From positions 558,001 through 622,000 of the forward strand of contig MCFH01000014.1 of assembly GCA_002104945.1 (NCBI GenBank): a stretch of 64,000 nt of DNA. The letters are read 5' to 3'. Every line of letters starts with the position of its first letter. Within the stretch, counting starts at the first letter, position 1. The translations under genes were made by a program, and so were the position numbers. Below, piece after piece: positions 51,295 to 64,000 of this stretch. A model generated the notes under the pieces. That model saw only the letters and a program-made list of their open reading frames with translations. It was not told the origin of the DNA and made no database searches. The DNA is from Piromyces finnis finn. Its lineage: Eukaryota; Fungi; Neocallimastigomycota.

Positions 51295-53660
51295 ATGAAT
51301 GATAATAAAATGGGATTTGAATTTAATAAATTGTATGAATTTGTTAAAAGTAAAGATCTTGTAAAATTTATTTTCAATGAAGAACTAAACAATGTAATAA
51401 AGTTAAGAATAAGATATAATATTCATTTAAATATAGATGAATTGAAAGAGAATGAAATAATAGATTTAAATAAAGCTAGTTATAATGAAGAAAATGAATG
51501 GATTGAAATTTTGAATAAGTTAAATGAGATTGATTTCTCGGTGCTTTCGAAAACATTTTTTATTTTATGTCAATATTTAATAGCTATTGATACAAAAGAC
51601 ATAAATTGTATAAAACTTTTAAAATATAAAATATTTAGGAGAAATTGTAGAACCAAATGATATTGTCATAACGGATATAATTGACACTATTTATAAAAAT
51701 AATTTTATGAATAAACGTAGATTACAAAATATATGTTTTATAATTATTCATTTAAAAAGTAATAATAAATTTAAGATTACATCAGATTTTTTAATTTCAT
51801 TAATAGAAAATCAAGAAATAGAAAAAATAGAATATATTTTTAAAAACCTAATGTATGTCGACTATTTTATTATGAGATTATTAAATTATCATTATAGAAA
51901 TAGATATCCTTTAACAGATGAAGAGTTAAAAATGTGTATTAAAGAAAATAATAAAATTGATATCAATGGATTCAATAAAAATGGATATTTACCTTTAAAT
52001 TTTGCAATTAAAAATATTGAAAATAATGAAGAAATAGTAAAAATATTAGTTGAAAATGGAGCAGATGTCAATAAAAAAGATAAATATAAATATTTACCTT
52101 TGAATATTGCTTGCGAAAAAAGCAATGAAAATATTGTGAAACTATTGATTGAAAATGGAGCAGATGCCAATAAAAAAGATGAATTTGGGTATTTACCTTT
52201 GAATATTGCTTGTAAAAAAAACAATGAAAATATTGTGAAACTATTGATTGAAAATGGAGCAGATGTCAATAAAAAAGATAAATTTGGGCATTTACCTTTG
52301 AATATTGCTTGTGAAAAAAGCAATGAAAATATTGTGAAACTATTGATTAAAAATGGAGCAGATGTCAATAAAAAAGGTAAATTTAGGTATTTACCTTTGA
52401 ATATTGCTTGTAAAAAAAGCAATGAAAATATTGTGAAACTATTAATTAAAAATGGAGCAGATGTCGAAAAAGAAGATGAATTTGGGTATATACCTTTGAA
52501 TATTGCTTGTGAAAAAAGCAATGAAAATATTGTGAAACTATTGATTGAAAATGGAGCAGATGTCGAAAAAGAAGATAAATTTGGGTATTTACCTTTGAAT
52601 ATTGCTTGTGAAAAAAACAATGAAAATATTGTGAAACTATTGATTGAAAATGGAGCAGATGTCGAAAAAGAAGATAAATTTGGGCATTTACCTTTGAATA
52701 TTGCTTGTGAAAAAAGCAATGAAAATATTGTGAAACTATTGATTGAAAATGAAGCAGATGTCAATAAAAAAGATAAATTTGGGCATTTACCTTTGAATAT
52801 TGCTTGTGAAAAAGGCAATGAAAATATTGTGAAACTATTAATTAAAAATGGAGCAGATGTCGAAAAAGAAGATAAATTTGGGTATATACCTTTGAATATT
52901 GCTTGTGAAAAAAGTAATGAAAATATTGTGAAACTATTGATTGAAAATGGAGCAGATGTCGAAAAAGAAGATAAATTTGGGTATTTACCTTTGAATATTG
53001 CTTGTGAAAAAAACAATGAAAATATTGTGAAACTATTGATTGAAAATGGAGCAGATGTCAATAAAATAGATGATTATGGACATTTACCTTTGAATATTGC
53101 TTGTGAAAAAAGCAATGAAAATATTGTGAAACTATTGATTGAAAATGGAGCAGATGTCAATAAAATAGATGATTATGGACATTTACCTTTGAATATTGCT
53201 TGTGAAAAAAGCAATGAAAATATTGTGAAACTATTGATTGAAAATGAAGCAGATGTCAATAAAAAAGATAAATTTGGGCATTTACCTTTGAATATTGCTT
53301 GTGAAAAAAGCAATGAAAATATTGTGAAACTATTGATTGAAAATGGAGCAGATGTCGAAAAAGAAGATAAATTTGGGCATTTACCTTTGAATATTGCTTG
53401 TGAAAAAAACAATGAAAATATTGTGAAACTATTAATTAAAAATGGAGCAGATGTCAATAAAAAAAGATAACTATGGCATCACACCATTAAATACAACTTT
53501 GTAAGTTGGAAATTAAATCATCATAGAATATTTGATGATATAAAAAATAGAAGTAATGTATTTTATAAATTATTTAATTCACTTTCATATAATAATTATG
53601 AAAATAATGTCAAATTTTTAATTAATGAAAATATTAATATCAATATAAAAGATATACATA
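51295..53660 (+). pseudogene. Ankyrin-repeat gene, frameshifted (7-bp duplication at 51621-51634; extra A at 53459-53465; decayed 3' repeats)
   Basis: ORFs 51289..51660 and 51707..53470 become one frame if one AAAATAT copy is removed (KLLKY-LGEIVEPND...). There are 15 ankyrin repeats. Beyond 53470 a shifted frame gives DNYGITPLN and GN*IIIEYL with stops. Confidence 0.7.
52052..53470 (+). repeat. Array of about 14 near-identical 99-bp ankyrin units (LPLNIACEKSNENIVKLLIENGADV)
   Basis: Directly visible 99-bp periodicity. Confidence 0.97.
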
Positions 53661-53969
53661 TGATAGTAATCAATTAAAAATAAATTATAGGATAGGAAAA
53701 CAAAGTATTTTAAGATATTTACATAATTCTATAGAGAATTCATCAATTATTAAATTCCTTTTTGATTTTGATTATAGCATGTCAAAATAATTATGAAAAA
53801 AGAAAACAAGTAAATAAATAAGTAAAGAAATAATAAAAAAAAGAAAATAAAAATGTTGAATTTACTTTTGACTGAAGCAGCATGTATGTATGCATACTAT
53901 TTTTTAAATTCTTTTTTTTTTTTTTAATTTTTATAAAAAGAAGGTCACTATTCTATTTAAATATAATGA

Positions 53970-54011
<42 letters not shown>

Positions 54012-54457
54012 ATAGTGAACTACTTTGTTAAAAAAACAAAAAAAAATTATGGTAATAATAGTATAATTAATCTTTTACAAAACACTTACAAACAAAAAAG
54101 TTTAGAAATATAATGATAAAAAAAAAAAAAAAAAAAAGAAAAGAAAGTAACTTTATAAAGAGAATCAAAATTTTAGGTTGCCACAATACAAAATCTTTTC
54201 ATTTCCTCAAATTACTTGTATTATTTAATTTTTTTAGGAACCAACGACGACGACAACAACAACAAAAAAAAAAAAAAAAAAAAAAAGAAAAAGAGATTAA
54301 GAGATTAAATAACTTTTTGATTAACAATGAATTTATTATTTACATTACCATTTATTCTTGATTTAATAAAACTAAAGATATTTTAATTATTTTTGTATTC
54401 TTTATTAATAGAACTATTTTAATATAATTTACTAAATATTGTGATTCGAGTATACAT

Positions 54458-54488
<31 letters not shown>

Positions 54489-55179
54489 CTTTTAAAATAA
54501 AAGGTTTTTTTTTTTTTTTTTTTTTTTTTCCTTCTTTCTTTTTATTATTTTATTTTATTATTTTATTTTATTTTATTTTATTTTTTTTTTTTTACATTTG
54601 ATTTTTTAAACTTTTTATTAACATAATCAAAATGTTTAAACATAATAAAGAATAGAGATATTATATAAAATTAAGCTAATTCTTTATTAATAAGTTTAAC
54701 ATTTATATATTATTATTATATTATTATTATTATTTAAAAATTATAATTTTATTTTTGAAATACTATATATTTTTGTTGATTTACTATTTCTTTTTTATTT
54801 ATTTATTTATTATTATTATTTAATTTATTATTTACTTTTTTATTTTTATAATTAAAAAAATATTATTTAAAATTTATATTATATGAAAATGAATAAAAAA
54901 TATGATGCTTGATATTTTTAGTAGTGCTTCAAATTCTATAATAAAAATATAAATAATTCATTTCTTCAAAATAGTTTTATTTTTATTTTTATTATTGCTG
55001 TTTAATAATCGTTTCCTTGTTTCTATTTTTTTTTTTTATTTTAATTTATTTATTTTTGAAATCGGTCGGTAGTTTAAAAGAAAAGAAATAAAGTGATACG
55101 GGATATACGTTTAGATATTTATGATTATGAAAGTGAAATGTAGTTTATAAAAAATATATAACATGAATTTTTTTTTTTT

Positions 55180-56523
55180 TTATTCTTCCAATAAACACCG
55201 TATAATAATATTGAATTCTTGTGCTAATATCTGTCGAATTGAATAATCTATTTCTTTTAAAATTGAAGTAATAATTTTCTAAATATTTTCATTGTATTTA
55301 TATAATAAAAGTATAATAAATAAATAAAAGTATATATATAAAAAAAAAAAAAAAAAAAGAGAGAGAATATATATATTAGCATATAAATAAATAAAAATAT
55401 ATTTAATATGAACAACAATAAGGTATCCTATTTCTTTTGGTACTGTAGTATTTTATTTTATTTTTGTTTTTCCCTTAATATAAATTATTTAATTACCTTT
55501 ATATTTAAATCAATTTTTGTCACCATATCAATATATCCTTTTGTTAAATACTTATCGTCAACTTGAATTAATCGTTTATAAGCTTCCGCCATAACATCAC
55601 AGAGTGCAAAAAAAGTTTGTAAAAAGTCAAATTCAAAAGGCTTTTTTTTTTTTTTTTAAGAAATAAAGGAATATTAAATATTTGAAAATTACTAATTAAA
55701 ATTTATAGCTATCTCAAATTCTTACAATACTTGGCATTTCAGTAAAAACAATATTTGTACTATTCGGTGAATTATTAACAAAATCTTTTTTATTTTTCTT
55801 TAATAATTGTTTCTATTTGTTTAAAAGTTTAAAAGTTTATATTAAAAATATATAAATAAATAATAATGATAAATAACATACAATATTTTAAAATGAATAA
55901 TAAACATAATAATAATAATAAAGTATCATATTATTATGCTTTAAGGAATTACCATTTTTTGTGACGTTGATTCATTTTTATCATGTTCAAACTCTGATAC
56001 TAAAGCATTTAAAGCTCTTGTAAATTCTATTGTATTTGGAACAGCAAGTAAATTACCAACACTAAAACCCAATTGAGCCCAACTACTTACTCTATATCGT
56101 TAGAACAATAATATATAAATATATTAGTTAGTTATTATTATTATGAATATTATGTTTATTTTCTATCTTTTCTTTCTTTATTTTATTATATAAATAATTT
56201 AATGTGAAAAAAAAAAAAAAAACTATTTTGAAATTTTGATTAATCTATTATATTATTATTATTATTTGTAATTTATTCATTTTATTCATTATTTATATTA
56301 ATATAATTTACCTTCTTCTTAATTTTTCATTATCTTGAATATATTGCATGATAGCCTGTGAATTAAATTCAAGAGTATTGAAAAAGTATGATTCATCTTC
56401 AAAGAAATGTTTAAAATACAATAATAACATAGTACGTTTTGTAATGAAACTGTTTAAATTTTTTCTAATTTCATTAGTTTCAAATGAATTAAATGGTTGT
56501 TCTCTTTTATCTATAATTTCCAT
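55180..56523 (-). CDS. Uncharacterised protein, five exons
   Basis: Exons splice in frame via GT-AG: ...EKLRRRVSSWAQLGFSVGNLLAVPNTIEFTRALNALVSEFEH...|KQLLRKIKK...PSI|PFEFDFLQTFFALCDVMAEAYKRL...KIDLNIK|KIITSILKEID...EE*. No family name recognised. Confidence 0.8.
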
Positions 56524-57509
56524 TTTCTTATATATCCTTTTTTTTTTTTTTTTTTTTTTTTACTTATTTTCGGTTAACTACCAATAATTTCAAAATATCT
56601 TTTTCTTTGTTTTTGTAATAATTTTAAAAAAAAAGTTCTTTATTTATTATATTTTTATTGTTAATTTTATTTAAAAAAGAAAATAATAGGTAATAAACTA
56701 TTATTTTATTTATTAGTTTTCCTTTTTTTTTTTTTTTTTTTACTATTATTAATATTATTTAAATTTTAATTTGAAATTTACATTTATTTTTTTTACTTTA
56801 ATTCGAAAGTAACTACTTTTTTTTAAAAGTGAACTTTTCGATATTTAAATTTTTTTGGAATCTTTTTAAATAATAAATATCTGAAATGTATCAAAATTAT
56901 GGCTTATTAAAAAATATATATAAATGTATTTATTAGACTATATATATTTCTATTATTTTAATACAAATATTATTATTTCCTTTTACATTAAAATAATATA
57001 AAATTTATAAAAGCCACCATACTATTTTCATTAATTAATAAAATTTTAAAAATTAATAATTAAATTTTATTTTAAAAAATGTTATTATAAACATTAAAAA
57101 AAAATAATAATAATTAAAACCTTTTTTTTTTTTTTTTTTTATTTTTTAAATAACAGCTGGAACAACAAGAACGACAGGAACAACCGATTAAACGAAAAGA
57201 ATAAAAAGTTGGATTAAAGATTAAAACTAAAATTAAAAAGCGTAGCATTTTAATTGAATAGGCACAATGAATTTTTAACTAAAAAGTTAGAATATTGTGA
57301 AATTAATACAGGATTTTTATATTCTTAAAAAAAAATATACCAATTCATTTTACTTTTCTTTAGCAAAGTTTAAAGAAAAGTTTCAAAATATTTTCGAGAA
57401 ACTAGTCTATTTTATATCGCAACATTATATTTTAATTTTTATATCTATAATACTTTATAATTTATTCTATTAAAAAAACAACAACAACAAATAATCCATT
57501 TTCTAACCA

Positions 57510-58591
57510 ATGTCCATAACTACATCAATAAATCAAATATGGCAAGATAATGAAATATGTTTTGATATATCGAAAAGGTAGAAATTATATATACATGTAA
57601 AAATAATTATAAACTTTACCAAATTATTGTTGAATTGATGATTGATATATTTTCTATATCTAATTTGAAATATATAAAATTTTCTTATATTAATATGGTG
57701 GGATGAATGACATGAAATAGTGCACTTCAACTATACCCTGGTGAAATAATATTTGATCATTTTAATAATATAGAGGATATCAAAGGAAGTAAAGGAGAAA
57801 GTGGAATTATTACAATAACAAATTTAAGGATAATATGGTTTTCTGAAAAGAATATTAAAAGAAATATTAGTAAATATTTATTAATGGATTTTATAGATTA
57901 TGAATTAATATTTGTTATTTTAAATAATAATATAATAATAATATATATTATATATATGGTTTATATAATAAATACAATAATACATTATTTATCTATTTAT
58001 AAAGTTATGTTTTTATTAATATTTTTATTATCATATAATATAATAATATTTTATTATATTTTATTATGTTAATATTAAACCAAACAAATAAACAACAACA
58101 ACAACAACATCATCATCATCAACAACCATCAACAACAACAACAATAACAACATCATCATCATCAACAACATCAACAACAACAACAACAATATTATCATCA
58201 TCATCATTATCAACAACATCATCAACAACATCAACATCAACAACAACAACAAAAACATGCTTATAAAAAATATATTTATGTAATTTAATATGTAAAAAGG
58301 TATTGGTCAAAACTGCATATTTTCGGTGTCATCACGTTCAGCACAATCAAAGTTAATGGGAACAACACAATCATTATATTTATTTGCATCATATCATCAA
58401 ACTCGGTATGAATTTATATTTACCTATTCACAAAAACCAGAACTTGGAAGATTATTCGTAACAGTGAAAAGTGTTCACAAGTAATGAAATATTTTATAAT
58501 ATAATTATATATTTATAAAATTTAAAAAATAGAAATGATCAAGTTGATAGACTTCTTTTAAATATATAGATATTATTTAATTCTTATTAAA

Positions 58592-58622
<31 letters not shown>

Positions 58623-59861
58623 ATTTAATGAATATTGCATACTATAGAGCATACAGTACAAGTAGAATGTATCGTGAAATTAAAATAAGAGGGGCTGTTC
58701 TGAATGGAACAGAACTAGATTTATTACCAGAAGAAGAGATTAAAGAAAAAGTAATAATCTAAGTATATATATCGATAGTAATTTTGAATAAGCTTGATAT
58801 TTAAAAATATATAAAAATTAATCCATTTATTTGTTAACACTAAAATAAAATAAATGATATGAAAAGATCTCAGGTGTATGTAATTTATCAAATAATATAG
58901 GAAATATTGGAGTTATGTATATTACTAATATACGATGTGTATGGCATGCAATTAATAATGAAAGCTTCAATGTCAGTGTACCCTATATTCAAATTGTAAG
59001 ATATATATATAACTATAATTTTATATCATTATAATTATAATTTTATTTCTCTCTCTCTCTCTTTTTTTTTTTTTCTTTTCTTAAGGACTAAAATTTTAAT
59101 TTTTATTAAACTTTTGATAAAACAAAATTATACTATTTATACTATTTACTTTTTTTTTTATAATAAATAAAAAAGTCTGAAGTAAAATTAAAAAATACAC
59201 AATATGGAAATGCACTAGTATTACAAACATTTTCAAGGACTGGTGGATATCTTCTTGGATTTAGAATTGACCCTTTAGATTTATTAAAAAAATCAGCAAA
59301 AGAAATAAAAAGTTATTGGAGAATAGCAAATCAAAAACCAAATTTTGGTATTACATCTATAGAAGGAAATGAGGAATTTGTATGTTTCTTTCTTTCTTTC
59401 TTTTGTTTTTTTTTCCTTATTTATTTCATAGTTTTCAATAAAAATCTAAATAGAAATTAATTATAAATACTAATTTTTTATTAACACTTTTAATTTTCTT
59501 TTTCTTTTTTTTTTTTAATCAATACTATTTTATCATAAAATAATAATAATAAAAAACAATTTTATTTTAATAGCCTGAATTAATGAAAAGTTCTGATTAT
59601 TCAAAACCAAAACCTTCCATATTTATTTTACCCGAAGTTGAAAATCAAAATATTATTATAAATGATGATTATGATTTCGATTTTAATTTTGCTAAAAATT
59701 TAACAAAAAATAGTGGAGAGGTTAGTGGTGAATGTTATTTGGAAGAATCAAATCCATTAAATGTAAATGATAAAGATATTGTTTGGGATCCTGATTTAGG
59801 ATTAGCTATTGAAAAACTTCAAGAGGGTAAAAATGCTTTTGGACTTTGGAAGTTAATTTGA
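57510..59861 (+). CDS. BBS5: Bardet-Biedl syndrome 5 protein (BBSome subunit, tandem PH-like domains), seven exons
   Basis: [116 protein letters not shown] and [15 protein letters not shown] are collinear with BBS5. Confidence 0.93.
58081..58255. repeat. Compound (CAA/CAT)n trinucleotide repeat in BBS5 intron 2
   Basis: Lies between donor gtaaat (about 57870) and acceptor aaag (about 58299); source of the spurious ORFs 58064-58310. Confidence 0.9.
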
Positions 59862-61043
59862 AAAGAAAAAAAAAAATATATATATATATTTGTTTGTCTT
59901 TTTTTTTTTTTTTAAAAACGTTTATTATATTATTAATTCATTATACAAAGGAGCTAATTCATAGAAATAATGAAGAATGAAATCAATCAATATCAATAAT
60001 AGAAAGAAAAGCAATAATCTTTTTTTTTTTTTATAAAAGTACTTTTTCAATTATAACCTTTTTTTTTAAAAAAAGAATTCTTAGTATCAACATATACCAA
60101 CAATACATAAACATAGAAATAAAAAAGTTTTTTTATTAAAAAAAACCTTTATAATAATTATACCAACAATCCTTTAATAAATATAAAATAAAACAGGAAC
60201 AAATACAAAGTAATAAACTATGCTTTATCGACTTTTTTTTTTTTCATATTTAATACTATTTTTTTTTTTTAAAAAAAAGTATCGAACCTATTTTAATTAT
60301 AATCGTAGAAATATAATAAATAAATGAATAAACTACTATAATATATCTTTGTGTATATTTCAGAAAAGCTTTATCGTACATAAAGTTGACTCTTTATAAA
60401 AGCTTTTCCACACTATACTATTCATAGTGTAATTAGAAAAAAAAAAACCAACTCTTTCATTTAATGAAAGAAGGCCTATGGCAATAGAATAAAAATTATT
60501 TAAAAATATAGATTCATTTTATCATAAATAGTACAAATACTATTAACAAAACAGATCAAGCATGGGTTAAAGAAGGTAAAACCCATTATTACTTTCACCC
60601 TTTCATTAAACCACCTTTAACCTTGAAATTTGTGGTAAAAGCTGCCTTTTACCCTTTTTTTTTTTTTTGCCTTTTCCCTTTTTTTACATTTTTTTTTTTA
60701 AAATTTAAAAAAAATGTTTTTAAATATATTTGACCAATCATATCGATCTGCGCCTGTTTTTTCTATTCTATACATTGTATTCATAATATATTATAATATA
60801 TTAAATTTATTAAATCTGTAGTTTATTATATTTTTAAATATTTAAGAGACAATATATTATCAATATATTGTAATATATTTAAAAATTAATTTTAATTTAA
60901 TCATCCAAAAAAAATTAAAATTTATTATTATCAAATTTTTTTTTTTTTTTTTTTAAAAATTGTTAATTTTTTTTAAAATATTTGAAATTTAAATCAAAGT
61001 TTTCTTTTATATATTTTAAAGAAAAAAAAAAAAGATAATCATA

Positions 61044-62289
61044 ATGGATACCGACGTTATATCACCACAACAAGTTGAACTTACTGCTGAAGAAGTCAAA
61101 CAAAATAATGATGTTGAAATGAAAAGTGAAAAACCAGACTTTGCCCCATTAAAGGCTTCAGAATTAAATGTAATTAAGATATAATAATGTTAAAAGCAAA
61201 GTAGTAAAATAAAAATTAACAATAACTTTATATATTTACATTTATATAAATATTTTATAACATATTATAATAAAAAATATGAAAAATAACGATAAAAAAT
61301 AAATTATGAAAAAACAAAAAAAAAAAAATAATATTATAACAATTTTTGAAAATTTTGGACCATTTTTTTTAAAAAATATTTCAATACATAATCACTAATA
61401 TGTAATAGGGTGGTAAAAAAGAATTTAGAAGAGTTTTAATTCCACCACATAGAATGACACCATTAAAGAACAACTGGTTAAAAATATATACTCCTTTAGT
61501 TCAACATATGAAATTACAAGTTAAAATGAATCTTAAAAAGAAGGCTGTTGAAATCAAAGTAATTACTAATTATAAAGAATAGTTTGTTTTAGTAGAGAAA
61601 TAAATAAGTAGTAGAATAGGATATTAATAAGATTATATATAATTTATTTTATAATAGTCTTCCAAATACACAGAAGATTTAGGAGCTATTCAAAAAGGTC
61701 ACGATTTTGTTAGAGCCTTTGCTCTTGGTTTTGAAGTAGAGGTAAATAGATTGAGAGTATATACAAAGATGAAAAAGAAAATATCATTGGAAATTTTAGA
61801 ATAATATATAATTAATTTTAGCAATTTGCAAATAGAATAGTTAATTTAAAGTTTAAATAGAATGAATTAGTTATATAGTATCCCAATTAGTATTTTATAA
61901 TCTTACTATATATATATTTTATTGGTTAAATATTAAAATATTTTTTATTTTTAATATTATAAATAAATTAGGATGCTATTGCTTTATTACGTCTTGATGA
62001 TTTATATATTGATACTTTTGAAATTAAGGATGTTAAAACTTTACATGGTGATCATCTTTCTAGAGCTATCGGTCGTATTGCCGGTAAAAATGGTAAAACA
62101 AAGTTTGCTATCGAAAATGCCAGTAGAACTCGTATTGTTGTTGCTGATACCAAAATTCATGTTTTAGGTTCATACCAAAATATAAGGATTGCTAAAAACG
62201 CTATTTCTAGTTTAATTATGGGTAGTCCACCAGGCAAGGTTTACAGTCACTTAAGAAACGTCAGTTCTAGAATTAGAGAAAGATTCTAA
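61044..62289 (+). CDS. PNO1: Pre-rRNA processing KH protein Pno1/Dim2, four exons
   Basis: [88 protein letters not shown] and [12 protein letters not shown]. Confidence 0.97.
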
Positions 62290-63157
62290 GTTATAATATT
62301 ATTTTAATTTATTCAGCCTCTATTTACACATAAATAAATTATTATCATTTTGATTTCGGTACATTGGGTATATTCAAATTTAAACAAGTTAAAAAGACTT
62401 TTTTTTTTTCTATATTTATATAAATTATTATTATTTTTTTTAGAGAAAAAGTTATTGCAACATACAATTGAAATGTCACTTTATTTTTAACATTCCTTAC
62501 AAATGAAAAAGATCTATTTAACTTTTAATAGAATAATTTATATTTAACGTTTTTTTTTATACTTATTTAATTACAATAATAAAAGAAAAAGATTAATATT
62601 TATTATAAGTATTAATTTGGTTTTCTTTATATACTATTATTTTAAATTATATTTATATAAATAGTTCAAAAAAAAAAAAGTTATGTTATTACTACCACAC
62701 TATAGAACATATATATTAACTATTAATAACCCATACTTTTTTTATATATCAATTTTTTTTTAATATTATAAAAAAAATATTATAATAATAAATTATAGTA
62801 GATAAGTAGTTAGTTTGATACACTTATAATAGAACCACACATAATAATTATAATAAATAATAATGATAAAAAAAAAAAATCAACTATAATGTATTATAAA
62901 GAATATTAAAAATAACATTTATACATAAATAAAAAAATATAAAAAAAAAAGACTTTTATTGATTATGAAATGACACCTTTTTTTTTTTTTTTAACATGAT
63001 GAATAAGTTTTTATGGTGGAAGAGAAAAGGAAAAAAAAAAAAAAAAGGATTGAAAGAAGAAGAATAAATATTGTAGTATTTTAATACTGAAAAGACTTTT
63101 GTAATTAATAATAATATGATAAAATAAAAATAAAACCAAAACAAATCACTAATAATT

Positions 63158-63193
<36 letters not shown>

Positions 63194-64000
63194 AAGTATT
63201 TTATTCTAACCAATTTTTAAGTATTTTAGCATTCATTATTATTCATATTACCTATTTCATTCTAATGTAACATAATCATTTATCCTTACTCTCTACATAA
63301 AATTAAATATAAACCTAGTTAAAAAAAATTTTTTTTATGATCTTTTCAAATATAAATATTTTATCTTTTTTTTTTTTTCCTCTTCTCTCTCTTTTCTTTT
63401 TATAATAGTTTTATATCCATTATTACGATTTATTCAAAGGGAAATCTAAAAGGTAACTTTTTCTTTTTAATCTTTTAATATTCCCATTTATAGTAAAATT
63501 AATAAAGTCTTTAATATAATTTCAATATATTTAATTTAATTTATTTCCATATATTAATTTTAATTTTAATTTAATTATTTCAATGGAAAATCTCAAAAAT
63601 TAAAAAGTTTTTACTTTTATTTTTTTTTAACAAGGGCTTTAAAGTTTAAAAAAAGTTTAAATAGGAATTGAAGAGGAAAAAAAAAAAGTAATACAAGACA
63701 TTTATATTTTAAAAATACCATATAAAAGGGTTATAATATTAAATTATTTTATATGATATTAAAATGAAATTATAAAGTGTAACTAATTTTTACAAATTTT
63801 TTTTTAAATTTTTTCTCTAATGAATTCTTTAACAATACCACACACATACACACACACTTATAATAACATTATAAATATGGAATAAACTTAAACAATACAG
63901 AAATAAAAAAAAAAAACTATCATTGTAGTTTCAATTTTTTTTCAATTATTATTATTATTATTATTATTATTATTTTAAATATTTTCTATTTATTTAATAG

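Noticed and set aside
51892-53457. Repetitive minus-strand ORFs; also considered as a CRISPR-like array
   Set aside because: Antisense of the ankyrin repeats; the 99-bp units are contiguous with no unique spacers.
57150-57205. Exon-like QLEQQERQEQPIKRKE* after an acceptor-like site
   Set aside because: No upstream exon or start found; lies in the divergent promoter region.
58300-58330. Apparent frameshift in BBS5 exon 3
   Set aside because: On re-reading, the frame is continuous (C-I-F-S-V-S-S-R).
62290-64000. Terminal 1.7 kb including ORF 62956..63213
   Set aside because: Homopolymer-rich intergenic DNA; the ORF is a poly-A/T artefact.

Overview
Extremely AT-rich, intron-rich eukaryotic DNA. 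Fungal-type genes (Pkc1, a ChAPs exomer subunit) occur with a ciliary gene (BBS5) and an expanded ankyrin family, which points by inference to an anaerobic gut fungus (Neocallimastigomycota). Gene order: PKC1(-), DOA10/MARCH6(+), RPL34(-), ChAPs(-), small ORF(-), TXNL4B(+), RECQL5-like helicase(-), BCD1(+), an intact Ty1/copia element(-), fatty-acid elongase(-), degenerate CFA-synthase/sphingolipid C9-methyltransferase-like gene(-), secreted GPI-like protein(-), GST(-), ankyrin pseudogene(+), uncharacterised gene(-), BBS5(+), PNO1(+). The strongest finding is the copia element. It has identical 235-bp LTRs, a TGATC target-site duplication and a single 1817-aa ORF. It lacks a canonical TGG primer-binding site; instead the LTR-adjacent sequence is complementary to the anticodon arm of tRNA-Lys(CUU), suggesting half-tRNA priming with a Lys tRNA. 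Also notable are three genes absent from model Dikarya (TXNL4B, RECQL5-like with IRI/KIX domain, BBS5), a probable lipid-methyltransferase pseudoenzyme and a candidate structured ncRNA. All family assignments are from manual motif recall and exon parsing; no database searches were run.
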